Shown: positions 50,870 to 62,198 of the stretch, piece by piece
How positions within the stretch are numbered: position 1 is the stretch's first letter
How the letters are laid out: every line of letters starts with the position of its first letter
NCBI GenBank assembly: GCA_964252035.1
Contig: OZ176201.1
Source of the DNA: Podarcis erhardii
Lineage: Eukaryota
Strand: one strand, 5' to 3'
DNA: 64,000 bases
Translations under genes and position numbers: made by a program
Notes under the pieces: generated by a model
The model's input: the letters and a program-made list of their open reading frames with translations, nothing else
Told to the model about the DNA's origin: nothing
The model's database searches: none

Positions 50870-52057
50870 GTTATAAGGCTCAGCCTTGCTGCAACCAAAT
50901 TCATGGTGAGTGCTAATATGTGGGGTTGTGTTCAATGTAGCACTAGGTAGATCGTTCCATTAGTGCAAGCATTCCCACTCGCCTGACAGAACAAGCCCCC
51001 CTTTCCTCTGCCCCCCATACATTGTTCTGGGGGTTCTCCTGACCAGATTTGGGCTGAGTACAAGGGGAGCAGGGTGAGAAGTACCCCTGCACTAGTGGGA
51101 GTCCTCCCCATGACTCCTCTACGTCCTCTTGGTAAATAGACAACACTGCTGGTCTCTTCCCATCCTTGTTCCACAGAATACCCTTGTCTTCACTTACCCC
51201 TTCTTCTTTGGTGGGGGAAGCACAATTTTGTGGTTCTCCTCAGGTGCCAAAACATCATGGGGCAGCCCTGTCCATGGTGGTTCTCTACATTGTTTCAATA
51301 CACTCCTGTGTAGGTTTTTTCTTTTAACAACATAAAGAAAATCCTGTGACAGTAGCTAACCTTTAGCTTAATCAAGGAGCCCCTATGCCACTTGCTGTTT
51401 ATGGGCATCTAAATAGCCTAAGATGCATAGTGTTTCCTGTACTCTAATGCTGGTGCATTAGAACTGATATCTGTAATTTAGCAGTCACTTATATTGATAA
51501 TACTTGCCTCATTGGTGCTATAATTGCCCAATACTCCTTTGGCCACTCCTGGCTAGAAAGGGAAACAAAAAGAGTGATGTATAACCTTCCAGAATATTGG
51601 CTTCCCATCACAGCTTTGATCCCATCACCAACATCACTGCAGTACACCAGGAGGGGAGAGATGGCAGTGAGGTGAATTCAGCATGGGAGTAATTGCCAAC
51701 GGTGCCAACATCAGGAGGAGGGTGAAGGGACTGGGCAGAAATGGTTTGCAGAATCTAGTGGGACCAACAGTATGAGTTTTACCTGAATCTGAACAAATGT
51801 CACTGGAGACATAACTCTGTTTATGAGAGCACATTTTTAAAAAGATAGGGTGGGGTGAAGATCTGAACCATTTTCAAGTGACAACTCGCTCTTTAAAAAG
51901 GTAATAAAAATAGGATGCTATACTTTTGCTAACCCCTTGCCTGTGACCAGACCCATATGCAAATTACATACAATAGTATTTAGTAGCGTAATTAATCCCT
52001 ACTTTATGTTATGAGTAATATTTCCTATTCCCGACCCTGCAATGTCCTTTAAGAAGA

Positions 52058-52189
52058 NNNNNNNNNNNNNNNNNNNNNNNNNNNNNNNNNNNNNNNNNNN
52101 NNNNNNNNNNNNNNNNNNNNNNNNNNNNNNNNNNNNNNNNNNNNNNNNNNNNNNNNNNNNNNNNNNNNNNNNNNNNNNNNNNNNNNNNN
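52058..52189. other. Assembly gap (132 N)
   Basis: Run of N. Confidence 0.99.
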
Positions 52190-53378
52190 CTCTGAGCAAG
52201 AAAGGTAGGCAGAATTGGCCAGACCCTTTACCCCTCCCCACCCTCCCCAGGCTCTCATAAAAGACTTGTTGGCAACAAGGCACCCACCCAGATGTAAAAG
52301 CTCAGAGAAAAGAAACCAACAAAGAGCATCATTTGCAATCTTTCTTTTAGCCAAGCTGCAGAAACATTCCTTCTGCCCAAGCTTTGGCGAGACCTTTCAG
52401 CAACAAGGGAGAGGGGGACCCACATTTTCCTCGTCAATTTAGCAGGTCACTTCAGCCCCAGTCTTTTGAGCATAAACTAAAAGCGGGAAGCGTTAGATGA
52501 GCAATTAATATAATTGCAAGAAAGAGAACCTTTCCAGGCATGTGTGCTTACCTACTGCCATTTTAAAAGTAGCCAAATGATACTGTTGCCTTTTTAAAAA
52601 ATAAAATAAGATAAAAGAATCCACTGTCATGGGCTTAATTACACACCATCAATGCATATGTTTCCCTGAAGTAGTGTTTCCTGTAGCAAATGTAAAAGGA
52701 AGGACTTTTCTCCTTCTCCGCCATGACCATTAGTCTGGGTATACCAGCAAAGCAAAAGCCTCTTGGGTCAGCTGTCACCACAATCCCTTAGACTCCCTCT
52801 AACCCCACACAGAAGTCAAGCTAGAGGGTGGAAGACCAAGGCTCAAGAGGGAGGAAGAGGGAGGATCCAGTTTCCACCAGTCTCACACTACAAGGAGTTC
52901 AACGTAGCTTCCTTTTCTTGGCCAAATCCCACTGATGGACTCACACAGCATGAATCCAAATGACCCAGGAACTCAGGGAGAAATATCCCTTTGAAACAAG
53001 CACTCAAAGGGATATACCTTGAGAAGGCAATACAGTATATGAAAACAGAGCAGAATGTCTCAATTTCAATGATACACAAGGGCTGTTGCCTGACCAACGT
53101 TGAGGTGTCCTCAGCTGTGTACGTGTGTGCTTTAACAGAAAGCCGTATCACATTTTTGGACTTGGCATTTTAAGCAATGCTCAAGCATTTCCAACTAGTA
53201 ACTGCTAGGTTCTTTCCACCTGTTGAGAGGCAACAGCTCTATATACAAATTAAGTTTCCCATAAAATCTTGTTTTAAAATCAGTTTGAAGGTACCCCTTC
53301 CAATTCACATGGCAGACGTGGTTTTTGAAGATACACCAGTGCTGCCCTGAAATCTCCCACAGCAAAAGATGTAAAGTG

Positions 53379-53528
53379 TAGTGGAGCAATGGGTCAGTGT
53401 GTCTGGCTATTAACCAGAAGGCTGGTGGTTTGAGTCCACCAAAGGATGACTGTAGGGAGGATTCCTGCATTGCAGGGAATTGGACTTGATGACCCTCAGG
53501 GTACCTTCCAGCTCTATGATTCTATGAT
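53379..53528 (+). mobile_element. tRNA-head SINE with CR1-derived tail
   Basis: TAGTGGAGCAATGG box A-like; GGTTTGAGTCC box B-like; TTCCTGCATTGCAGGG...CTCTATGATTCTATGA tail. Confidence 0.8.
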
Positions 53529-53656
53529 GGGCATGCCCACACCTTTAACCCTCTGTATTCACTTGCTTGAGAATTATAATTGGGCCAGGGCTTTCTGATA
53601 TGTGGGTGAAATGCAGTGCTCTGCTGTTTAAGCATGCAGACAGAGATATCCTATAT

Positions 53657-53907
53657 CATGGGTAGGCAAACTAAGGCCCAGGGAGCCAGATCCGGCCCAA
53701 TCGCCTTCTAAATCTGGCCTGTGGATGGTCCAGGAATTAGCGTGTTTTTACATGAGTAGAATGTGTCCTTTTATTTAAAATGCATCTCTGGGTTATTTGT
53801 GGGGCATAGGAATTTGTTCATTCCCCCCCCCAAAATATAGTCTGGCCCCCCACAAGGTCTGAGGGACAGTGGACTGGCCCCCTGCTGAATAGGTTTGCTG
53901 ACCCCTG
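53657..53907. mobile_element. hAT (Charlie/Buster-type) MITE, 251 bp, 8-bp TSD
   Basis: TIRs CATGGGTAGGCAAA / TTTGCTGACCCCTG; TSD TCCTATAT at 53649-53656 and 53908-53915. Confidence 0.92.
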
Positions 53908-55995
53908 TCCTATATCTTAACAGGCAACTCATTCCCTGACTCATCTTCTCTCCACAGATTTTTATGTCACCAAATTGGTACTGTCTAGCGACAATAAGTC
54001 AGCAACAAGATTGCGGGAAGTTTGCAAAAGTGCAAAAAAATCTTTAGGAACAAAATCCCAACCCCAAACCTAATGAGAACTGAGCATTCTCACTGGGCAT
54101 GTAAGTACAGCTTTGCAAGGGGCTGCATTAGTATACTGGATCCACCAAGACCAGGAGAAGGATTATCTTTTGTAGTTGTTTACGTTTATATAGAAGAGGG
54201 TGGATGACAGATTTAAAATACACACAATAACCAGAAAGGTCCTTCTTTATCCCACAAGCCCTGACTCATGTCAATGGACCTGATGAAGTCATGGCCCAAA
54301 TGCTGGCAATTACTTCAGTTGTGTCTGACTGGAGAGCATTCAGCAAAGGTTGCAAGGTTAACTCACTTAAATTTCAGATGATACAATGGCAGGAGGCAAC
54401 AGTAATTTCTGCTTGTTCAGAATCAGACAACTTGCTATGGCTTTGTCCAAAAAATATTTTTGGCCATAAAAGTCTTTTTACCTTGGTTTCTTTTGTTTCC
54501 AACCCTCCCCTCTAAGGTTAATAGCTTAAATTTGAAGTTCAAGGCTTTTAAAAACTTTCACTCACTATTATTTAAAAAGAAGCTCTGCTTCTTTTTCACT
54601 TCCACAGGATAACTGGCTGGTCTGGAGAATGCATAAATTGGTCCCTTCTCTGTTATGGAATGAGTCAACTCCCACTGAAATTAACAAGACTCTCTCTTTT
54701 ATGATTATTCACAACAGCAATAGCACGTAATAAAGGGCTGAAGATTTTCTGCCAACTTCAATGAGTTTGGGATCAAGCCCTTACTTCATATAACACATTC
54801 AAGGTGCACTCTCTTAAATCAGTTTTGATATTATCCGTGGCAGGGGGACACATTAAATGAACTCTTCACAAAATGAAGCCAGTCATGAAATAAAAAGCAT
54901 TCGGCTTGTAAATACTCTAGATTATTCAACAAAAAAATGCATGTATGACCATAATATCGATTTCTTATATCTCCTGTCTGGTAATCCCACAATTTTCACA
55001 TGCAGCAAAACCTTTATTATCTGGACATCTTTAATCTTTTTTCTTTCTGGACATGCTTCAGTCACTCTTAAAGCCCAGCAGTATTCTTACTCCAGAGGCA
55101 ATGCATGTCTGAGGTGAACTGGAGCTCACACACAATGTAAACAAGACTGCACCATTATACTTTGCACTGATTAATCTAGAATAACTCCCACCCCTTATTC
55201 TATTGCATATACTATATTTAACACTGTATTATGACACCTTCAATCATATTAATCACATAACAGTGCCAGAAAATTACAAGCAGGGCTGCTAATTTTATTG
55301 CTTGCCTTGCTCCTGTGCCTTTCTCAGCAGCCCGATATAAAGAAATTTAACAGGGGAAGATTTTCCCTTCACTTAAATCACCAAGCTAGGAAAAGCTTCA
55401 CCGGCTAGGCATTTTGCATATCAAGGCGTTATTGAAGCACAAAAGCAGAACTAGTAATAAAACTGGTCATCTTAAGGCTGTGTTCATACTCTCCTTTACT
55501 GTGCATTCAGTGCATTTGCAGTGCTGGGTTTTAATGACATTATCCAAAATGCATAGGGATCATGTACTTTGTCATTAAATACTGTATGGTGTGTTGTTTC
55601 TCAAACCAGCTTCACACCAAATGGAGTTCTTAAGCCATTCCTAAATCATCTGAAGCCAGGATGAGAGTGCTTTTTGCATGAGGTAAAGACATCTCAGTCC
55701 CACAACCCCCCACCCCCATGGGGGGTGAGTACTCTAAAGCGGTAATGAGAACAGACCCCTGGTTGCAAGTAGTTCAAACCACAATAAGAGAGAAAGAGAG
55801 AGATTGAGATTACTTTAGATGGGCATATTAGGATTGCCAACTCCTCTCTACCTTTAATTGAAGCCTCATCTGCAAGATTTTCAGTGGATAATGTTTATCT
55901 CTACACTTTGCTTACAGATTTTTGCATATCACATTGCTGATAAAGGAGTAAGAGAAAGCCAGGGATTTTTCCTTGGTCAGCTGGCCATCCTAGAG

Positions 55996-56297
55996 GGGTC
56001 AGCAAACTTTTTCAGCAGGGGGCTGGTCCACTGTCCCTCAGACATTGTGCGGGGCTGGACTGGGTTTTTTTGGGGGGGGGGGATGAATGAATTCCTATGC
56101 CCCACAAATAACCCAGAGATGCAATTTAAATAAAAGCACACATTCTACACCAGGCAGGCCCCACAAATAACCCAGAGATGCATTTTAAATAAATTCTACT
56201 CATGTGAAAACACGCTGATTCCTGGACCGTTCGTGGGCTGGATTTAGAAGGCAATTGAGCCAGATCCAGCCCCCTGGCCTTAGTTTGCCTACCCATG
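55996..56297. mobile_element. Second copy of the same hAT MITE in opposite orientation
   Basis: GGGTCAGCAAA ... TTTGCCTACCCATG; TSD TCCTAGAG (55988-55995) / TCATAGAG (56298-56305); internal 25-bp duplication at 56099-56123 and 56158-56182. Confidence 0.9.
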
Positions 56298-56617
56298 TCA
56301 TAGAGTATATTGGTTACAAATTTTAAAACGCTTTCCTCTTTTTTTTATTCAGTCATTTCACAACAGTGTTAAGGAAATACACATGTAAACTACTATGTAA
56401 TTGCGCAAAAATAATTGTAAAATTAGTTCTAGAAGTATAACCCGATGCAATTCATTTAATGTTCTGACCATGATCCCAGCTCCAGAAGAGTTAATCAACC
56501 ATAGCAACCTTCTAATCAGAGTAGTGAACTAATGATCCTATTTCTAAGTAATACCAGCCCAATAAGACTCTCAAAAGGTAGTTAACATCACTTTGGTGGA
56601 AAGGCATGACAAGTGCA

Positions 56618-56805
56618 NNNNNNNNNNNNNNNNNNNNNNNNNNNNNNNNNNNNNNNNNNNNNNNNNNNNNNNNNNNNNNNNNNNNNNNNNNNNNNNNNNN
56701 NNNNNNNNNNNNNNNNNNNNNNNNNNNNNNNNNNNNNNNNNNNNNNNNNNNNNNNNNNNNNNNNNNNNNNNNNNNNNNNNNNNNNNNNNNNNNNNNNNNN
56801 NNNNN
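56618..56805. other. Assembly gap (188 N)
   Basis: Run of N. Confidence 0.99.
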
Positions 56806-59800
56806 TGGAATGTCTTTGGCTTTTCTGTCACATAGCAATAGACAAGACAAAGTGTAGCATGAGATGAAGGAGGGGGGAAAAGAGAGAATTAACCACACGA
56901 TGATGAAAAATGAGATGAGAAAGAAAAGGATAAGGGGAGAGAGGCAAATAAAAAGGAAGGTTTAAAGAAAGGATGACATGAACAAAAGAAGAGCATACCC
57001 TTGAAAATATAAACATCGCTCCGGCATTCACCTTGCAAAATGAAAGCTATGCAAATCAGGCAACAATGAGCAAATGCCTTCTTGGAAGAAAGGCTCTCTT
57101 TTTCAAATAATAAAAAAGGTGCTGTCAACGTTATTACAGAAAATAAGAAGTGCTCACAATGACAACATGGAAGTGCAGAAAAGTTAACAGGTAATATTTA
57201 CACCAGCACTGTTTACACCACAAATTTTACCCTTGTGGTCACAGCTTAAAGAGGCTAGTGGAGACAGAATGTTTTCTTCCCGAGCGCCCATTTCATGGAT
57301 GTGTCCCACTCCAAGTCAACTTTGGATGTTCAGTGTAGAGAGAAAGGTTTCACCACATCCTACTCACTTGACAGGAAGGCTGTAGGAAAGCATGAATGGT
57401 GAATGTTCTCTGAGGGAAACAGCTACGAGAAATGAAAGCGGAACTCATAATTCTGGTTGTTGTGTAGGGAGAGAGGGCATCAGCATGGTTTACTTCAGGA
57501 CAGCGGTTTGCTTTATAAACATCTGCACTTTATACAGATTTAGACACAAAAAGGTGGGTTCTTGTATCTAGGTGATTCCTTCAACAAGGGTAGGAGCCAG
57601 AAAAGGAGTTCAGAATATTTTTCATGACAATTTCAACCACAAGTTTCCAAACTAAGAACTTCAGGCCCAGAGAGAAAGATGGAGGTAATGTGTTTATGTC
57701 AAAACAAAACTTTATGAGGGTCGTGTTAAACCTATCAGTAGTTCTGCTTCCAAGTTGATACTTCATACCACAAACTAAGTGACAGAAATGGTCTTTCAAA
57801 AATATGCCACAAGACTCCAGAAGCTGGTTTTAAATATCATCTTAAAAAAGAAGAAATACCCAGTGCAATTTTATTTATGCAAACCTTTATTTTAAGAAAA
57901 CTGTACATGTGTGACTGTTCCATTTCTTAAGCAAGTAAATCTAAGATTAACCAATATGACAAAGGCACTTCAAAACAGCCTGCACACAAACTCTTGGAAT
58001 GTCTTACTATGAGTGGTGGGTCCAGACTATTCACAGGTCTCGTTGAAATGTCCCCACAAATGGTGAGGAGTTGTCATTTTAACAAGAGCCAATAAGAGGA
58101 AACTTAAAACTAGTTATCTGCCAAGAAAGAGGGATACAGCAAGCCTCAGGAATCAAAGGGTTAGATGAACATTGTGTGCATAGATGAAAATCAACAATGT
58201 GATTTTTGGCTATGCGTGTCAAACCCTGCATTAACAGGAGGCTTCTGAATGTTCCATTCACATATGTTATGCACACAAGGAATGCCAGAGACTGGGCTGG
58301 TGGGTAAGGGGAGCTGCATGTACTCCTGCCCGCCATGTGTTTTTCTTGATGAGGGTAAACATATAATCCAATCTGGCCAACTGCGTATGATGGAGGAGGT
58401 AAGCAGCATTTCCACTCCTGCATTGTATTTTCTCATATACTCTTTAATTGCTCACCATTATTCCAAGAGACCGCCAGTCATTACATCTTCTTCATATCAT
58501 GATGTGCAAATAAAATACCAGTTACAGAAAGTGGAAGAATAGGAAGTGGATTGCAGATGAGGGGGTCACAATGGGAAGTGTATCTTTCCAAAGTTCCTAA
58601 ATATCAGGGTAAACATCATTTTTTCACAAAGCCACTTCAAAATTTCCATTTCCAATAGAACCTGGGTTCTAATTCCTCCAAGACTGTAGCCAAGAGATCA
58701 AGAGTGTAAACACTAAGACCTCCCCTCACCAAATCTACCAAGCAACATAGTTATACTACAATTTTGATGAATGTAGCAAAGGCAAGTCTTTTGTAATTTT
58801 CCTCCCTTTCCTCAGCAAGATAAACCTTATGAAAGCAATTAATGGGGTCAGAAAATCTGATTTTTAATACCTCCAATCCACAAGGCTTACCAAACTTAGT
58901 CCAGCTCCACTAATGAATCTTATAAAACATTTTATCTTCTCCTCCCATGGTCACAAACCACTCACATGAGGCTTGAAAATCATAATAATATCTTCCCAAA
59001 GTGCAGATATCACTCAAGCCCATATGCAGTATTGCTCTGTTTATTCTCCCCAATAAACCACTGGTTTCATCAAAACTCATTAGCATCACCTGTGTTAATT
59101 ACACTAGCAAACCAATCAACAGCTCCTTCTTAATTAGGTTTTCTTTATTAAAGCCGGAAATTGCCAAGTCAACTGGGGATATTATATGAAAACTAGTGTT
59201 TATGCAAAATTGCCACATGCAGGAAAAAAAATGATAATAATAAAAGGAAACTGGGTTTGTTGACAGGAATAGGAAACAATAATAATTTTCAAGGTCACTG
59301 GCACATTTATTAATTATCCCCCACTACATTTTGTTGCAGCAGTCAAGGCTTTAAACACGGCACTCATTTTATGGGAAGTTTTGTTCACAGTGGCTATCAG
59401 CTGCCATAATAACTGAATATAAGGGGTGTGGGCCTTCTTGAATTTGAGGAAGTTGGCACTAATTTCATGTGACACCACCTAGCGTGATGTAGATGATCAA
59501 AACATTTATGGGGAAGTGAAAAGTTACAGGAACGCTGAACATTCTCTCCTGAGAAAACAAGGGACATAGGAAAATATCAGACTGCCTCATCCTCCATGGA
59601 TAATATCGGGGAGAAAGCTATTCAGTCTCTAACTCCACACTCACAACACTACAATAATGTATGGAACACACGATTCATTAAGGAGAATGGCCATTGCCCC
59701 AACTTTTTGCCAAGCAGTGTATTAACAAAAGTCCTTTTTAAAATGTATCATGGAAGTTCAGCTACCAGCCTGCAAATTATGCAAAACACAGCACATTGAC

Positions 59801-60379
59801 TGTGTATGGATGCTAAATGTCTTGTTTTTCTTGCCTACTAGGGAATACAAAAACAGTTGGGATTGTCAAACAGCTGAAAGGCCACAAGACAAGGCTTCAA
59901 GTTGTGCTTGGCTTTGTGGTCACTCTTTGGCCAAGCCTGGGAAGCAGGAATGTGAGGGCAGATTCAATTACTGCAATAATTCAAAACAGAAAACTAACAT
60001 TTTGAGCTTGAACTGTAAAGTGGGGAGACTACAAAAGAAGATATGGTGACATGAACAAGGATCTGGCCATGTCATAACTTACTTTTTCTAATACTTCCTT
60101 TCTGTCAACCCTTCTTAACAATCTCATCCTACTTTTGACGTTTATAAGTTGTAGAACATTGAGAGAAATGTTGGGCTTTCTTTTGTTACCTCATCTTGTG
60201 CCATAATTGGTACCATGCCTATGTTTGCATGTAACATTAAACCATGGTTTAGTGCCACATGGCTGAGCTTGGATAAACCTAAGCATGATCTTTACTCCCT
60301 TATCTTCCTTCCACACGGCTGAGGAGCAGGAGTTGGGTCAAGTTTTATTTCACTTTAAAGAGTCCCAACTTAGTGTTAT

Positions 60380-60730
60380 GGTAAAGGTAAAGGTAAAGGT
60401 AACTCCTGACCATTAGGTCCAGTCGTGGCCGACTCTGGGGTTGCGGCGCTCATCTTGCTTTATTGGCCAAGGGAGCCAGCGTACAGCTTCCGGGTCATGT
60501 GGCCAGCATGACTAAGCCACTTCTGGCAAACCAGAGCAGCGCACATAAACACCGTTTACCTTCCCGCTGGAGCGGTACCTATTTATCTACTTGCACTTTG
60601 ACGTGCTTTCGAACTGCTAGGTTGGCAGGAGCAGGGACTGAGCAACGGGAGCTCACCCTGTCGCAGGGATTTGAACCGCCGACCTTCTGATCAGCAAGTC
60701 CTAGGCTCTGTGGTTTAACCCACAACGCCC
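60380..60730 (-). mobile_element. Sauria SINE, near full length
   Basis: Near-identical to 16204-16554; (GGTAAA)n end. Confidence 0.95.
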
Positions 60731-61991
60731 TTTATGTTCAATAATAATAATGGCAACACAAAACAATGGAAGTGGTAATTGGCAACAGTGGTTGTAAATC
60801 TGTGTCTAGTAATGCCATATGTAAGCCATAAAATCATCAGCTTGGCTATCAGGTGAGTCACTGGCACAGGGCAGCCCCCTTCAGTATTGGCCATTCCCCC
60901 ATTATATTTGTTGTGAAAATGTTACCATTGGAAATAAATCATTGTGTTGAGGAGCAGCATTTTTCAGCTACCAATTGATGGTCTCTTAAATTGGATTCAA
61001 ATTAAAATGTGGCAGTGCCCTCACTCTCCCGCTGAGCTGCCTGCCAACCAAGAAAGCTAGAAATCATCTAGCTAGCTCTGCTGTATTTAAAGTAACTTTA
61101 CACTTGAGCATACCGAAGCATGTTCGGCTCTTTCTTCTAAGTGTTACCTGTTGTAGATAGGTTACGTCTGGCTAATTCAGGCTTCATGGATCACTAGCAG
61201 GATTTGATTATAACAATAGCATAAGCACCTAGCGCACAAAAAGGATAATGTAATTAGGCTAAGCCCCCACACCAAATCTACCTTTTTTTCTAAATTGTTT
61301 GCTGTTACAGTCTCCTTTTTCTAGGAGGAACAAAATTAACTGCTTAGTGCCTATTAGCAAGGATGGCCTTTATTTTTAAGCCTAGATTTTTCCATGTAGT
61401 GCTGTTTCCGATCTCCCCAAACAAGTTTGGTATATTCTGACTATGATTACACGTAGCAGAGTATTTCTGAAGCATTGCCAAAATTAACACATTATTTTAC
61501 TTTCTGAAGCTGAGTTTGCATGGTGTCTGTGATTTGTATTCATGCACACACTTTTTAACAGCTTTCATTTGTAACTACAAGAATAGTAAGCTGTCTCAAT
61601 TGTGTTTGCTTTAACAACCATAATCATTTGAAACCAAGCTGGATCAATTTGACAGGGGGGGGGGGGGACTATGACAACACCTTCAAGTCCTCTTCAGCTC
61701 AGTATAGACTATTCAAGTGTGTAGAACTGTATGCGTGGATGGGAGGTTGGGAGCCTCCATAATGGTCCTGTTCTTAGCCGTTAACCATTTAAAGACCTAT
61801 CTGTGCAGAGGCCTAAGTACATACACCATGTATGGAGATTGTGCAGGATACAGATTGTGCTTTTAGAACCCCTACGTGTTGGGAAGCATATGTTGGACCC
61901 ATGTAGGCAGGGTCATTCGTGTAGAGGTCAGGGTGGGACTGGCAGGCAAGATCCGCGCCACTCTTCCTCCATGTATGCTTTTCTACAACTG

Positions 61992-62198
61992 CAGTCGTAC
62001 CTTGTAAGTCAAATGGAATCCGTTCTGGAAGTCTGTTTGACTTCCAAAACGTTCGAAAACCAAATTGCAGCTTCTGATTTGTCAGGCATTCGGTTTCCAA
62101 AAGAACGTTCGCAAACTGGAACAATCACTTCCGGGTTTGCAGCGTTCGGGAGCCAAAACGTCCAAGTTCCAGGGCGTTCGGGATCCAAGGTACGACTG
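61992..62198. mobile_element. Tc1/mariner (Tigger/pogo-like) MITE, 207 bp
   Basis: Perfect TIR CAGTCGTACCTTG / CAAGGTACGACTG; repeated CGTTCG motifs; CpG-rich. Confidence 0.85.

Noticed and set aside
53657-56297. Already-mobilised composite transposon
   Set aside because: Outer flanks (TCCTATAT vs TCATAGAG) are not a TSD pair and each MITE has its own TSD
14996-56805. N runs as masked exons
   Set aside because: Flanks lack AG|..|GT or AC|..|CT splice dinucleotides; treated as assembly gaps
16014-57057. Several isolated ATGCAAAT octamers
   Set aside because: The number is close to chance expectation for an AT-rich 64-kb window
16204-60730. SINE heads as tRNA genes
   Set aside because: Box A/B-like motifs belong to Sauria and other SINEs; no cloverleaf or 3' tRNA end
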